Source of the DNA: Polyangiales bacterium
Lineage (GTDB): Bacteria; Myxococcota_A; Polyangia; Polyangiales; Ga0077539
DNA: 64,000 bases
Assembly (NCBI GenBank): GCA_044229975.1
Contig: JBGARZ010000015.1
Span: 128,001-192,000, forward strand
Direction of reading: 5' to 3'
Numbering within the stretch: position 1 is the stretch's first letter; every line of letters begins with the position of its first letter. Under the pieces are notes generated by a model, which was not told the origin of the DNA, ran no database searches, and was given only the letters and a program-made list of their open reading frames with translations. Shown piece after piece: positions 27,937 through 38,433 of this stretch. The position numbers and the translations under genes were made by a program.

Positions 27937-30090
27937 ATGAGTCTCGCCCTCTGGACCCCGCTCTTCTCCGCCCTCATCGCGCTGGCGATGACCCTCAAGG
28001 TGCTGCTGCGCTCGCGCAAGCGGCGGCCCCACTGGCTCTTCGTGATGTTCGCGACCAACGTCGCCGTCTGGTACCTCGCGACCTTCCTCGAAGCCCGCAA
28101 CGGCGGCGGCCTCCTCTCGCGCTTCGCCGGCCTCATGGCCGTGCTCCTCCCGCAGACCGGCGTGCGCTTCCTCCGCGGCTTCTCCTCCGACGGGCCCGAC
28201 GAGCCCACGTCCCTCGACCGCTGGGCCACCGGCCTCCTCGTCCCGATGCTCGCCCTCGTCGCGTCGCCCTGGTTCACCCAGAAGCTCACCGGCGCCGTCA
28301 TCCGCGCGGTCATCCTCGCCTACGTCGTCGGCCTCCTCATCGCCGCGGTCTCCGCCCTCTCCACCCGCGGCCGCACCATCGCCTCCCAGCAAGAACGCCG
28401 TCGCGCCCGCTACCTCGTCGGCGTCGGCGTGCTGGCCACGCTCGTCACCACCGCCGACCTCGTCCCCTTCATGGTCAACCGGGTGGTCACTGCCAACCTC
28501 CCGCCCATCGGGTCGATCCTCGTGCTCGCGGTGCTCTACATGTTCTCCGAGGTCATCGAGCGCCGCCGCGTCATCGACCTCTACGAGCTCGCCGGGCGCT
28601 TCGTCGTCCTCACCGCGCTCGCCCTCGTGCTCGCGGGCATCTACTACCGCCTCGTCGACTGGCAGGTGCTCGCCGACGTCGAGCACCGCCACGAGGGGCC
28701 GTACTTCCTCAACGCCATCGTCGCGTCGCTGGTGATCCTCATCCTCTTCGACCCGCTGCGCGACAAGATGGAGGCCCAGATCGCGCGCTTCTTCTTCGGC
28801 GAACGCCGCGACTTCGAGACCTCCATCAACGAGCTCCGCCGCCGCCTCGCCCACGCCCTCGAACCCGCCGAGATGGGCCGCGTGCTCATGGACGGCCTCG
28901 ACCACTCCCGCCGCGTGACCTCCGCCGCGCTCTACGTCGTCGACGCCGAGCGCAAGGGGCTCGACCTCATGGCGCACTTCGGCGGGACGCCCGACACCCG
29001 CGTCGACCTCGCGTCGCTGCGCGCCCTCGTCGACCACGCCCGCACCCACGGCATCGCCGTCAAGGAGCACCTCGAACGCGACGCTGACGATCGCCGCGAG
29101 CTCGGCGAGACCCGCGACGGCGAGGCCATCGCCGAGACCGCCCACGCCGTCGAGTCACTGGGCGCCTCGGTGGTGCTCCCGCTGGAGGGCGACGGCGGTG
29201 ACCTCCTCGGGCTGCTCACGGTGCGCGACGACCGCGTGCGCGACGCCTACGCCGTCGACGAGTTTCCCATCCTGAAGGGCCTCGCGGCGCAGGTCGCCAT
29301 CGTGGTGGAAAACACCCGGCTCTACGCTCGCATCAAGGAGCGCGACCGCCTCGCCGCCCTCGGCGAGATGGCCGCTGGATTGGCGCACGAGATCCGTAAT
29401 CCGTTGGGGGCGATCAAGGGCGCGGCGCAGTACATGGAGTCGACCGCGGTCGCCGGGAGCGAGCAGAAGGAGTTCATCGGCATCATCGTCGACGAGGTGG
29501 GGCGGCTCGATCGGGTGGTGAGCTCGTTTCTCGACTACGCGCGGCCGTACCGGGGCAATCCGTCGCTGCTCGACGTCGTCAACGTCATCGAGCGAACGCT
29601 GCAACTGGTGAGAAATGACCTGCCCCCGGAGGTGGTGTTGTCGCATGAGTCCAACGAGGTGCTGCCCGCCGTGCGCATGGACCCGGAGCATCTCCGCCAG
29701 GTGCTGCTCAACCTCATCCGCAACGCGATGGAGGCGATGAAGTCCAAAGGGACCATCGAGATTCGCACGCGACCGCGCGGCGCCTTCGTGGAGGTGCTGG
29801 TGAAGGACAGCGGGCCGGGCGTCGACCCGACGGTGCGGGCCAACCTCTTCATCCCCTTTTCCACCACGAAGACCCAGGGGACGGGCCTCGGCCTCGCCAT
29901 CTCCCAACGCCTCATCGAGTCGGCGGGCGGTCGCATCGAGCTCCGCGCGTCGGACTCGCGCGGGACCACCTTCGTGATCGTGTTGCCGGTCGCGGGCCCG
30001 GCGTCGCCGAGCATTCCGCCGCCGCCGCCAGCCACAAAGAGTTCGAGGCCGGTCACCGCTCTGGATGACCGACCTCGAAGCAATACTTAG
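27937..30090 (+). CDS. Membrane sensor histidine kinase (multi-TM, GAF, HisKA, HATPase)
   Basis: LAHEIRNPL, NLIRNA, DSGPG, GTGLGL. Confidence 0.93.
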   Translation: MSLALWTPLFSALIALAMTLKVLLRSRKRRPHWLFVMFATNVAVWYLATFLEARNGGGLLSRFAGLMAVLLPQTGVRFLRGFSSDGPDEPTSLDRWATGLLVPMLALVASPWFTQKLTGAVIRAVILAYVVGLLIAAVSALSTRGRTIASQQERRRARYLVGVGVLATLVTTADLVPFMVNRVVTANLPPIGSILVLAVLYMFSEVIERRRVIDLYELAGRFVVLTALALVLAGIYYRLVDWQVLADVEHRHEGPYFLNAIVASLVILILFDPLRDKMEAQIARFFFGERRDFETSINELRRRLAHALEPAEMGRVLMDGLDHSRRVTSAALYVVDAERKGLDLMAHFGGTPDTRVDLASLRALVDHARTHGIAVKEHLERDADDRRELGETRDGEAIAETAHAVESLGASVVLPLEGDGGDLLGLLTVRDDRVRDAYAVDEFPILKGLAAQVAIVVENTRLYARIKERDRLAALGEMAAGLAHEIRNPLGAIKGAAQYMESTAVAGSEQKEFIGIIVDEVGRLDRVVSSFLDYARPYRGNPSLLDVVNVIERTLQLVRNDLPPEVVLSHESNEVLPAVRMDPEHLRQVLLNLIRNAMEAMKSKGTIEIRTRPRGAFVEVLVKDSGPGVDPTVRANLFIPFSTTKTQGTGLGLAISQRLIESAGGRIELRASDSRGTTFVIVLPVAGPASPSIPPPPPATKSSRPVTALDDRPRSNT

Positions 30091-30219
30091 CAGCGGTCAC
30101 CGTTGGCGTTTGGGGGGAGAACGCCGGCGCCGCCGCTCGATCCCATACATCGCAGGGTCCGTGCCAGGGGCCACATCGCGGCAATCATCGACGTCTCGCG
30201 CGGGCGTCGTCTCTCGTCG

Positions 30220-30233
30220 TTGCAACGTTGCAA
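30220..30233. promoter_or_regulatory. Perfect 14-bp palindrome, LacI-family operator-like
   Basis: TTGCAACGTTGCAA, about 73 bp upstream of rsgA. Confidence 0.4.
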
Positions 30234-30306
30234 ACCGGGCCTTTCGTTCGTGCCCCGTCGTTGCCTCGGCTGAGTCCATCGTGCGAGCGTCGCCGCTGCC
30301 CGCGAC

Positions 30307-31323
30307 ATGAACTCCTCTCCTCCCATCGATCCGCTCGTCGCCTACGGGTGGACGCCCGATCTCGCCACCGTCGACGACGGCCTCCAGCCCGCACGCGTGG
30401 CTGCCGCCCATGGCATCGCGGTGCAGCTCTGGACCCGCGAGGGCGTTCGCAACGGCCCGCTCCCGCACGCTCTGTCCGAGCCGCCCGCCGTCGGCGACTG
30501 GGTGCTCGCGCGCCCCACCGACACCGACTGGCCCGTGGTGCGATTGCTCCCTCGTCGAACGCAGTTCGTCCGTCACGCGTCGGGCCTGGAGACGCGCCCG
30601 CAGGTCATCGCCGCCAACGTCGACCTCGTCCTCGTGGCGACGGGTCTCGACGGCGACTTCAGCCTCCGTCGCCTGGAGCGCTACCTCCTCGCGCTCGCCA
30701 CCAGCGGGGCGACGGCGGCCATCGTGCTGACCAAGGCCGACCAGTGCCCCGACGCCGAGTCGTATCGGGTGAAGGCCGCGGCGCTCGCGACGACGGCGGT
30801 GGTGAGCGCGCACACGGGCGAGGGCATGGCCGCGCTGCGGGCGATGGTCGCGCCGGGCGTGACGGCGGCGCTGGTGGGGTCGTCGGGCGTCGGCAAGAGC
30901 ACGCTGGTCAACGCGCTGATGGGCGACGAGCGGATGACCACCGGCGCGGTGCGCGCCTTCGACAAGAAGGGCCGCCACACGACGACGCACCGGGAGATGT
31001 TCGTGGTCCCCGGTGGCGGCGTGGTCATCGACACGCCCGGGATGCGCGGCCTCGAACCGTGGGCCGACGAAGGAACGCTCGCTGCCCTCGATGCGATGTT
31101 CGCGGAGGTGAGCGCGGCGGCCGACGGGTGCCGGTTCACCGACTGCGACCACGAGTCGACGCCGGACTGCGCGGTGCGCGCGGGAGCGACGAGCGGAGCG
31201 CTCTCGCCCGAGCGGGTGCGCTCGTGGACGACGCTGCGCGCCGAGCTCGCGAAGCAGGAGCTGATGCGGGCCGAACGCGCGGAGATCGACGCGCGCAAGG
31301 CGAAGAAGGGGAGACGGGGATGA
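30307..31323 (+). CDS. rsgA: Ribosome small subunit-dependent GTPase A
   Basis: Circularly permuted GTPase: TKAD, GSSGVGKSTLVN, GRHTTT, DTPG, C-terminal CRFTDC.H...PDC. Confidence 0.93.
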   Translation: MNSSPPIDPLVAYGWTPDLATVDDGLQPARVAAAHGIAVQLWTREGVRNGPLPHALSEPPAVGDWVLARPTDTDWPVVRLLPRRTQFVRHASGLETRPQVIAANVDLVLVATGLDGDFSLRRLERYLLALATSGATAAIVLTKADQCPDAESYRVKAAALATTAVVSAHTGEGMAALRAMVAPGVTAALVGSSGVGKSTLVNALMGDERMTTGAVRAFDKKGRHTTTHREMFVVPGGGVVIDTPGMRGLEPWADEGTLAALDAMFAEVSAAADGCRFTDCDHESTPDCAVRAGATSGALSPERVRSWTTLRAELAKQELMRAERAEIDARKAKKGRRG

Positions 31324-32156
31324 GATCACACGCGTACCTGCTGCTGGCGCTGGTTGGTTGCTCGCGGGTCGTGGAGCCCGCGCGCCCCGTCGGGCCGTTG
31401 GCCCATCGCGCACCCGGGGAGGTGCTCCTCGATGAGACCGCGCACGGGGAGGCGCTCGTCGCGGAGGTGGCACCCGCGCCCGAAGGCTCCGACGGTGACC
31501 GGGTGCTGCGACCGACGTGGCTGGCGCGCGACGGGCGTCACCCGTGGCGCGGTGGCGACGTGCTGGAGGCGCGGGTGATTCCAGGGACGACGGCGGTGCT
31601 GACGATCACCACCGAGCACGTGCTGACCCGCCGCGCGACGCCCGATGGTGCGGCCGTGGAGCTCGACCGCGACGTGTACGGGCCGCTCTCGATGGACGCC
31701 CACGGGACGGCGCTCGCGTACACACGGGGCGATCCGCCGGCGCTGTCGCTGGTGCGCTACGACCTGCGCGCGGGGCGGGCGGCGGTGATGGCGGAGGCGT
31801 TGGTTCCGGCGTGGAGCCCGGCGCTCTCGGCGGACGGGAGCGAGGTGGTGGTGGTGGCGAGCCCCGAGGGGACGCCGTCGCTCTATCGGGTGCGCGAGGG
31901 CGAGGCGCCGCGGCCGTGGGTCTTGCCGCCAGGGAGTCCGCTGCCGACGGGGCCGGGCGCGCCGGTGGTGTTCGGCGACGCGCTGGTCTTCGAGGACGAG
32001 GCGGGGCTCCACGCGCTGGGCCTGGATGGCGTCGCGCGGCGCTCGTTGCCGGGCGTCCACGGGCCGGTGTTGTCGCGGGACGGCGTGACGCTCTTCGCAC
32101 AGCGAGGAGCAACGCTGCTGCGTCTCGGCGTACGTGACCTGGAGGTGGCGCGATGA
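31320..32156 (+). CDS. Hypothetical lipoprotein, TolB/PD40-like repeats
   Basis: Lipobox LVGC, WSPALSADG; ATGA overlaps at both ends. Confidence 0.7.
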   Translation: MRSHAYLLLALVGCSRVVEPARPVGPLAHRAPGEVLLDETAHGEALVAEVAPAPEGSDGDRVLRPTWLARDGRHPWRGGDVLEARVIPGTTAVLTITTEHVLTRRATPDGAAVELDRDVYGPLSMDAHGTALAYTRGDPPALSLVRYDLRAGRAAVMAEALVPAWSPALSADGSEVVVVASPEGTPSLYRVREGEAPRPWVLPPGSPLPTGPGAPVVFGDALVFEDEAGLHALGLDGVARRSLPGVHGPVLSRDGVTLFAQRGATLLRLGVRDLEVAR

Positions 32157-33364
32157 GGAGCGCGTGGGTGCTGGGCGCTTGCCTCGTCGCGCTGTCGGCG
32201 ACGGCGTCAGCGCAGGTGAGGCATCGGCGACCGCTCTCGTCGGCCCCGGCGGTGCGCTACGGCTACGACAACAACGGCAGCGCGAGCGGCTGCCGCGACT
32301 ACAACTGCGGGGCGCGCTGTTACAACGGACACACCGGGACGGACTTCCCGGTCGCGTTGGGGACGACGGTGCTGGCGAGCGCGGACGGCGTGGTGTCGGC
32401 GACCAACAACGGCTGCGCCAACTACGGCGGGCTCGGCAACACCTGCGGCGGGCGCTGCGGCAACTACGTTCAGCTCGATCACTCGGACGGGACGCGCACC
32501 ATCTTCTGCCACATGCAGCTCAACTCGCTGATGGTGTCGCGAGGGCAGCGCGTGCGGTGCGGTCAGGCCATTGGTCGCTCGGCGAGCTCGGGCAACTCCA
32601 CGGGGCCGCACCTGCACTTCGGTTGGCGCCGCAGCGGCGTCTCGACGGACTCGTACCGTGGGCGCTGCACCGGATCACCCGGCGCGTGGACCGACCAGGG
32701 TTCGTACGGCGGCAGCCCCGGTGCGACGTGCCAGTGCGTGGCGAGCGCGGAGACGTGCAACAACCGCGACGACGACTGCGACGGCCGCGTCGACGACGGG
32801 CTGAGCCGCAGTTGCTACACCGGCCCGGCGGGGACGGCGGGCCGCGGCATCTGCCGCAACGGGACGCAGACCTGCGGGGCTGGGCGGTGGGCGGCGTGCG
32901 CGGGGCAGGTGGTTCCGCGGGCGGAGACGTGCAACCGGATGGACGATGACTGCGATGGCCGCATCGACGACGGCGTGTGCCCGGTGGACGCCGGAACGCG
33001 CCCCGACGTGAGGCCCGCGGTGGACGTGGTCAGCGACGTGGCGAGTGACGTCCGGCGGGATGTCGCCAATGACACGCCCATCGATGTTGGCAGTGATATC
33101 GGCAATGACGTCGGTAGCGACGACGAAGACGTCGGCGCGGCGGACGACGACGCCGGGGTGAGCGACGACGACGTCATCGAGTTCGACGACGTGGGACCGG
33201 AAGACCCGGACGCGGACGTCTCGCCGGACATCCCCGTCGACCCGGAGGAGTCGGGCTGCGGCTGTGGTGTGGTCGGGCGCGACGCGGGCGGTGGACGATG
33301 GGCGTGGCTGAGCGGCGTGGTGTTGTGGGCGGTGTCGCGTCGGCGACGCAGGTCGGTGGCGTGA
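32153..33364 (+). CDS. M23 metallopeptidase with Cys/Asp repeats and MYXO-CTERM-like tail
   Basis: HTGTD, GNYV, STGPHLH; ETCN..DDDCDG repeats; GCGC-TM-RRRRR C-terminus. Confidence 0.88.
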   Translation: MRSAWVLGACLVALSATASAQVRHRRPLSSAPAVRYGYDNNGSASGCRDYNCGARCYNGHTGTDFPVALGTTVLASADGVVSATNNGCANYGGLGNTCGGRCGNYVQLDHSDGTRTIFCHMQLNSLMVSRGQRVRCGQAIGRSASSGNSTGPHLHFGWRRSGVSTDSYRGRCTGSPGAWTDQGSYGGSPGATCQCVASAETCNNRDDDCDGRVDDGLSRSCYTGPAGTAGRGICRNGTQTCGAGRWAACAGQVVPRAETCNRMDDDCDGRIDDGVCPVDAGTRPDVRPAVDVVSDVASDVRRDVANDTPIDVGSDIGNDVGSDDEDVGAADDDAGVSDDDVIEFDDVGPEDPDADVSPDIPVDPEESGCGCGVVGRDAGGGRWAWLSGVVLWAVSRRRRRSVA

Positions 33365-33387
33365 GCCGTGCAAACCATCGGTCCTCC

Positions 33388-34587
33388 ATGAAAAGACCAA
33401 CCCTCCGTACCTTCGCTGCGCTCTCTTCCCTCCTCTCGCTGGCGCCCGCCGTGGCCAACGCGCAGACACCTCCGGCGCCGACGGAAGCAGCCCCGCCGCC
33501 GCCTCCCGCGCCGACGTTGCAGTGCCCGGCGTGCGAGCCCGATGCGGCCGATCAGCGGGCCATCGACGAGGCCGGCGAGCTCATCGCGGCGGGGCGTGCC
33601 GCGGAGGCACAGCGGGTGTTGCAGGCGCGACTCGCCGGACAGAGCCCGTGGGGGCGCTCGTACTCGTCGCTCGCGGTGCTCGATCGACTGGCCACGCGGC
33701 TCGCCACTCGCCCGCCCGCCGCGGCGCCTGCACCCGCCACCGACGAGGGGCAGCAGGCGCGTGGGAGCGTCGAGGCCGTCTCGCTCTACACCTCGGCCAT
33801 CCTCCTCGGCATCGGAACCGGCGTCTGGGCCGACGTGATGTTCGAGATCGAAGACATCCGCGGCGCCGTGGTCATGCCGCTCCTCTTCGGCGGCGCGGCC
33901 GCGGGCGCGATGTACCTGGCCGAGCGCGGGGGAGGTCCCATCCGTCGCGGTCGCGGCACGGCCATGAGCAACGGCTTCCTGCTCGGCGTCACGGGCGGTA
34001 CCCTCCTCGGCGTCTACGGCGGCAACGAGCTGCGCTGGGAGGGCCGGGGCGTGGCGTCGAGCATCTGGGGCGGCGCGGTGCTGGGCGCGGGCCTCGGCTA
34101 CGGACTCGGCGCGCTCGCGGAGGTGCGCCCGGCGTCGGCCTCCTTCGTGGGTTCGGGCGGTCTGTGGGGCGCGTTGTTCGGGCTCACCGTGGCGGGCGTG
34201 GTCAACGCTGACGGCGATGACGTCCCCATCGCGGGCCTGGTCGGCGAGGTCGTCGGCGCGGGCACCGCGGCCGCCCTCGCGGGCGTGCTCCGTCCGTCCG
34301 AAGCGCAGGTCCGTTGGATGGACCTCGGCATCTTCTCGGGCGGCCTCGTGGGCCTCGGCCTGTCGGTGTTGCTCTTCGCCGACTCCTCGGAGCGCTCCCT
34401 CACGGCCCCGGCGCTCGTGCTCGAAGCAGGGATGATCGGCGGCGGCATTCTCGGGTACGTCCTGGGTCGTCCGTCGACCCCGGAGGCGAGGCGCTCGGCG
34501 TCGCTCAGTCGCTTCGCCACGACGCCCTCCATCGCCCCGGTGCCGGGTGGCGCGCAGGTGATGCTGTCGCTCCCCAACCTGCTCTGA
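33388..34587 (+). CDS. Hypothetical Gly-rich membrane protein
   Basis: Signal peptide, Pro linker, TPR-like helix and many Gly-rich hydrophobic segments. Confidence 0.7.
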   Translation: MKRPTLRTFAALSSLLSLAPAVANAQTPPAPTEAAPPPPPAPTLQCPACEPDAADQRAIDEAGELIAAGRAAEAQRVLQARLAGQSPWGRSYSSLAVLDRLATRLATRPPAAAPAPATDEGQQARGSVEAVSLYTSAILLGIGTGVWADVMFEIEDIRGAVVMPLLFGGAAAGAMYLAERGGGPIRRGRGTAMSNGFLLGVTGGTLLGVYGGNELRWEGRGVASSIWGGAVLGAGLGYGLGALAEVRPASASFVGSGGLWGALFGLTVAGVVNADGDDVPIAGLVGEVVGAGTAAALAGVLRPSEAQVRWMDLGIFSGGLVGLGLSVLLFADSSERSLTAPALVLEAGMIGGGILGYVLGRPSTPEARRSASLSRFATTPSIAPVPGGAQVMLSLPNLL

Positions 34588-34656
34588 TTCATCGAGGATT
34601 CTAGCGGAAATCGCCTCTACGCCCGCGCGCGATGATCTGGTAGCGTGCGCGCCGCC

Positions 34657-35781
34657 ATGAGCGTGACGCTGGCCTCCGCGGACGACCCGATGTTCGGCCT
34701 CCTGCGCGTCCTCACCGACGACGGCGACCTGTCCGGCGACCCCGGCGTCGACGACGCCACGCTGCTGCGGATGTACCGCGAGCTGCGTCGCCTCCGCACG
34801 CTCGACGAGAAGATGCTCATCGTGCAGCGGCAGGGGCGCATCGGGTTCTACGGCGAGGTGAAGGGGCAGGAGGCGACGCCGGTCGCGACGGGCTTCGCGC
34901 TGCGCGCCGACGACTGGGTCTTTCCAGGGCTGCGCGAGGGCGCGGTGATGCTGGTGCGCGGCTTTCCGCTCGCGACGTACATCGCGCAGTGCTGGGGCAA
35001 CGGGCTCGATGTGCAGAAGGGCCGGCAGATGCCGTCGCACTTCTCCGGCCGCGCCGTGAACCAGGTGTCGTGGAGTAGCTGCATCGGGCCGCAGATTCCG
35101 CAGGCCGTGGGCGCCGCGTGGGCGATGAAGCGCGAGGGCAAGGGCTCGGTGGCGGTGGCGTTTTTCGGGGACGGCGCGACGTCGCAGCCCGACTTCCACA
35201 ACGCCGTGAACATGGCCGGTGTGTGGAAGGCCCCCGTGGTCTTCATCTGCCAGAACAACCACTGGGCGATCTCCATCCCGTCGAGCCAGCAGTCGGCCGC
35301 GCCGACCTTCGCGAGCAAGGCCATCGCGTACGGGCTGCCGGGCGTTCGGGTGGACGGCAACGACGTGCTCGCGGTGCATCGCGCGGTGAGCGACGCCGCA
35401 GCGCGCGCGAGGCGAGGCGAGGGGCCGACGCTCATCGAGAGCGTGACGTACCGGATGGGCGCGCACTCATCGAGCGATGACCCTTCGCGGTACCGCGATC
35501 AGGCCGAGGTCGAAGCGTGGGCGAAGAAGGACCCCGTGGATCGCTTCAAGCGATTCCTGGTGGCGTACGGGCTGCACGACGACGCGCGCGAAGAGGCGCT
35601 GCAGGCGGAGATCGACGCGGAGATTCGCGCGGCGATCACCGAGGCCGAGGCGGCGCCGGCGGTGGAGCGCGGGACGCTCTTCGAGGACGTCTACGCCGAC
35701 CGGCCGTGGCACCTGAAGGAGCAGACCGAGGCGATGGAGCGCAGCCCGGTGGCGCCCGCCCACGGAGCGAGCGGGCACTAG
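34657..35781 (+). CDS. 2-oxoacid (pyruvate/branched-chain) dehydrogenase E1 alpha subunit
   Basis: QRQGRIGFY, TPP motif GDGATS...NN, YRMGAHSSSDD. Confidence 0.92.
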   Translation: MSVTLASADDPMFGLLRVLTDDGDLSGDPGVDDATLLRMYRELRRLRTLDEKMLIVQRQGRIGFYGEVKGQEATPVATGFALRADDWVFPGLREGAVMLVRGFPLATYIAQCWGNGLDVQKGRQMPSHFSGRAVNQVSWSSCIGPQIPQAVGAAWAMKREGKGSVAVAFFGDGATSQPDFHNAVNMAGVWKAPVVFICQNNHWAISIPSSQQSAAPTFASKAIAYGLPGVRVDGNDVLAVHRAVSDAAARARRGEGPTLIESVTYRMGAHSSSDDPSRYRDQAEVEAWAKKDPVDRFKRFLVAYGLHDDAREEALQAEIDAEIRAAITEAEAAPAVERGTLFEDVYADRPWHLKEQTEAMERSPVAPAHGASGH

Positions 35782-35842
35782 GAAGTATTGACGCGAGGCC
35801 CATAGACCTCGACCGATTGACGGAGTGAGACAGAGGACATCA

Positions 35843-37273
35843 ATGAGCACTGCAAAGACCTACGACGCGATCGTGATTGGCGGGGGACCGGGCGGGTACG
35901 TGGCGGCGATTCGCTGCGCGCAGCTCAAGCTGAAGACCCTGGTCATCGAGAAGGAGTCCTGGGGCGGGGTGTGCCTCAACTGGGGATGCATCCCGTCGAA
36001 GGCGCTCATCGCCGCGGCGAACTTCGTCGAGCGCTCCAAGCACGCCGACACCATGGGCATCACCGTGTCGGGCGTCGCCGTCGACGCGGGCAAGATGCAG
36101 GACTGGAAGAACGGCATCGTCAAGAAGCTCACCTCCGGCGTGCAGAGCCTCGTGCGCGGCAACGGCGGCGAGCTGCTGAAGGGCACGGCGCGCTTCGTCG
36201 ACGCGAAGACCCTGGAGGTCGAGACGGCCGACGGGGTTCAGACCGTGACGGCGACGAAGGGGATCATCATCGCGACGGGTTCGCGGCCGGTGGAGATCCC
36301 GACGTTCAAGTACGACGGCAAGCAGATCATCTCGGCGAAGGAGGGCGTGAGCCTCAACCCGCTGCCGAAGCGTCTGGTGATCATCGGCGGCGGCATCATC
36401 GGGATGGAGCTCGGCGGCGTGTACTCGAAGCTCGGCGTCGACACGACGGTGCTGGAGTTCATGCCGAAGGTGCTGGCCACGATGGACGACGACCTCGTCA
36501 ACGTGGTGACCAAGGCGATGGGCAAGTCGGGCTGCAAGTTCATCACGAACGCCAAGGCCCAGGGGTACGAGAAGAACGCCGATGGTTCGCTCAAGGTGAG
36601 CATCGACGTGGGCGGCGCGGCGCAGACCATCGACGCCGACGTGGTGATGGTGGCCGTGGGCATGCGCCCCAACCACGAGGGCAACGGCTTCGAGAAGATC
36701 GGGCTCACGCAGGACAAGCGCGGCCACGTGGTGATCGGCGACAAGTGCGAGACCAACGTGCCGGGCGTGTACGCGATTGGTGACATCACGGGCGGGCCGT
36801 ACCTGGCGCACCGCGCGAGCCGGCAGGGCGAGGTGGCCGCGGAGGTCATCGCGGGGATGAAGAGCGCGTGCGACTGGCGGGCGATTCCGGCGGCGACGTT
36901 TACGCACCCGGAGATCGCGTCGGTGGGCCTGTTCGAGCACGAGGCGAAGGCCAAGGGTCTTGAGTACAAGGTCGGGAAGTTCCCGTTCTCGGCGAGCGGT
37001 CGCGCGATGGCGGTGATGGAGACCGACGGCTTCGTGAAGGTCATCGCGGAGAAGACCGGACCGCACCACAGCGACTACAAGGTCATCGGCGTGCACATCG
37101 TCGGGCCCGAGGCGGCCGACCTCATCAGCGAGGGCGCGCTCGCCATGGAGATGGACGCGTTCGTGGAGGACATCGGGCTGACGATCCATCCCCACCCGAC
37201 GCTGGGCGAGAGCGTGATGGAGGCCGCGAAGGCCGCCATCGGCGAAGCCGTCCACATGCTCAATCGGGGCTAA
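35843..37273 (+). CDS. lpdA: Dihydrolipoyl dehydrogenase
   Basis: GGGPGG, GGVCLNWGCIPSK, HPHPTLGE. Confidence 0.96.
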   Translation: MSTAKTYDAIVIGGGPGGYVAAIRCAQLKLKTLVIEKESWGGVCLNWGCIPSKALIAAANFVERSKHADTMGITVSGVAVDAGKMQDWKNGIVKKLTSGVQSLVRGNGGELLKGTARFVDAKTLEVETADGVQTVTATKGIIIATGSRPVEIPTFKYDGKQIISAKEGVSLNPLPKRLVIIGGGIIGMELGGVYSKLGVDTTVLEFMPKVLATMDDDLVNVVTKAMGKSGCKFITNAKAQGYEKNADGSLKVSIDVGGAAQTIDADVVMVAVGMRPNHEGNGFEKIGLTQDKRGHVVIGDKCETNVPGVYAIGDITGGPYLAHRASRQGEVAAEVIAGMKSACDWRAIPAATFTHPEIASVGLFEHEAKAKGLEYKVGKFPFSASGRAMAVMETDGFVKVIAEKTGPHHSDYKVIGVHIVGPEAADLISEGALAMEMDAFVEDIGLTIHPHPTLGESVMEAAKAAIGEAVHMLNRG

Positions 37274-37276
37274 GGC

Positions 37277-38371
37277 TCACACCTCCACCCGCTCCTCGAA
37301 GACCCACCGTAGATCCCCCGGCACCCGCTCCTTCGTCCCCTCGGGGACGTCGGGGCGCACGTCCGATAGCGTCTGCCACAACAGGATCGTCTTCTTCGCG
37401 TACGCCGGGTCGCGCGCCACCGCCCGCAGGCCCACCAGCGCCTTCGCGGAGTAGGTCACCTCGCCCGTCTTCCCGGTGAGGCGCTCGTACCATTGCATCG
37501 CTTCAACGGACTCCCTTGTCGGGTATCCGTAGCCCGGCCCCAGCGCACCGCCGTACAACCGATATCGCCCGCGGCGCTTCCCTAGTGAGTGCCCGAACTC
37601 CGGTGCGCGCGCGGCGATCCAGCGGAAGGTGCGCTCGCGCACGAAGCCGACGGTGAGCGCGTTGCACACCGCGGCCAGCGTGATGCGAACGCCCACGATC
37701 TCGGTGTCCCAGCCGAGCCACGCCGTGGCGAGGCAGAGGGCGGCGAGCGTTCCCGATGAGCCGGTGGGTAGAACGATGACGTCGGGCCGCGGCATCTCTC
37801 CGCGCTCGACCTGTGCGGCGAGCTCCAGCACCGCATCGACGTAGCCGAGGTTGGCCCGCGGGGTCGCCGCACCCGGGCCGATGACGTAGGCGCCCGGCTT
37901 TCGTTGGAGCGCGCGGTACCGCCACGCGCTGCGGAGGTATCCGCCGCCATGGACGAGCGTGGCGCCGGCGTCGACGCTGGTGAGGATCGCCTCGCGGGTG
38001 AAGCGGGTGACGGGTTGGTCGAAGAGCACCGCGTGGACGGGGATGCCGAGCGCCTGACCGAAGCGCGCGGTGGCCATCACCTGGGTGGAGGCGAGGCCGC
38101 CAAGGGTGACGATGCACGTCGCGTCGCGGGCCTTCGCGTCGGCAAGAACGAACTCATACCGGCGAACCTTGTTGCCGCCATAGACGGGAGAGATGCGGTC
38201 ATCGCGCTTCATCCAGACGTCGTCGCGGCCGAGGTAGTCGGCGAGGGCGGTGCAGCGTTCGACGGCGGTGGGCGCCTCGGCGAGCGCGACGAAGGGCAGC
38301 GACGTGGCGAGCGAGGGGAGGGCGTCAAAGAGCGGCGGGCGGAGTCGGGGCGAGGCAGGGACGGTCGCCAT
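37277..38371 (-). CDS. PLP-dependent D-cysteine desulfhydrase/ACC deaminase family enzyme
   Basis: KRDD...YGGNKVR, PTGSSGT. Confidence 0.85.
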   Translation of the reverse strand: MATVPASPRLRPPLFDALPSLATSLPFVALAEAPTAVERCTALADYLGRDDVWMKRDDRISPVYGGNKVRRYEFVLADAKARDATCIVTLGGLASTQVMATARFGQALGIPVHAVLFDQPVTRFTREAILTSVDAGATLVHGGGYLRSAWRYRALQRKPGAYVIGPGAATPRANLGYVDAVLELAAQVERGEMPRPDVIVLPTGSSGTLAALCLATAWLGWDTEIVGVRITLAAVCNALTVGFVRERTFRWIAARAPEFGHSLGKRRGRYRLYGGALGPGYGYPTRESVEAMQWYERLTGKTGEVTYSAKALVGLRAVARDPAYAKKTILLWQTLSDVRPDVPEGTKERVPGDLRWVFEERVEV

Positions 38372-38433
38372 GCGACCGACGGTACTCTACGGGGGTGGGC
38401 AACCAAAGGCGCGGCGCGGTAGCTTCGCTGGGC

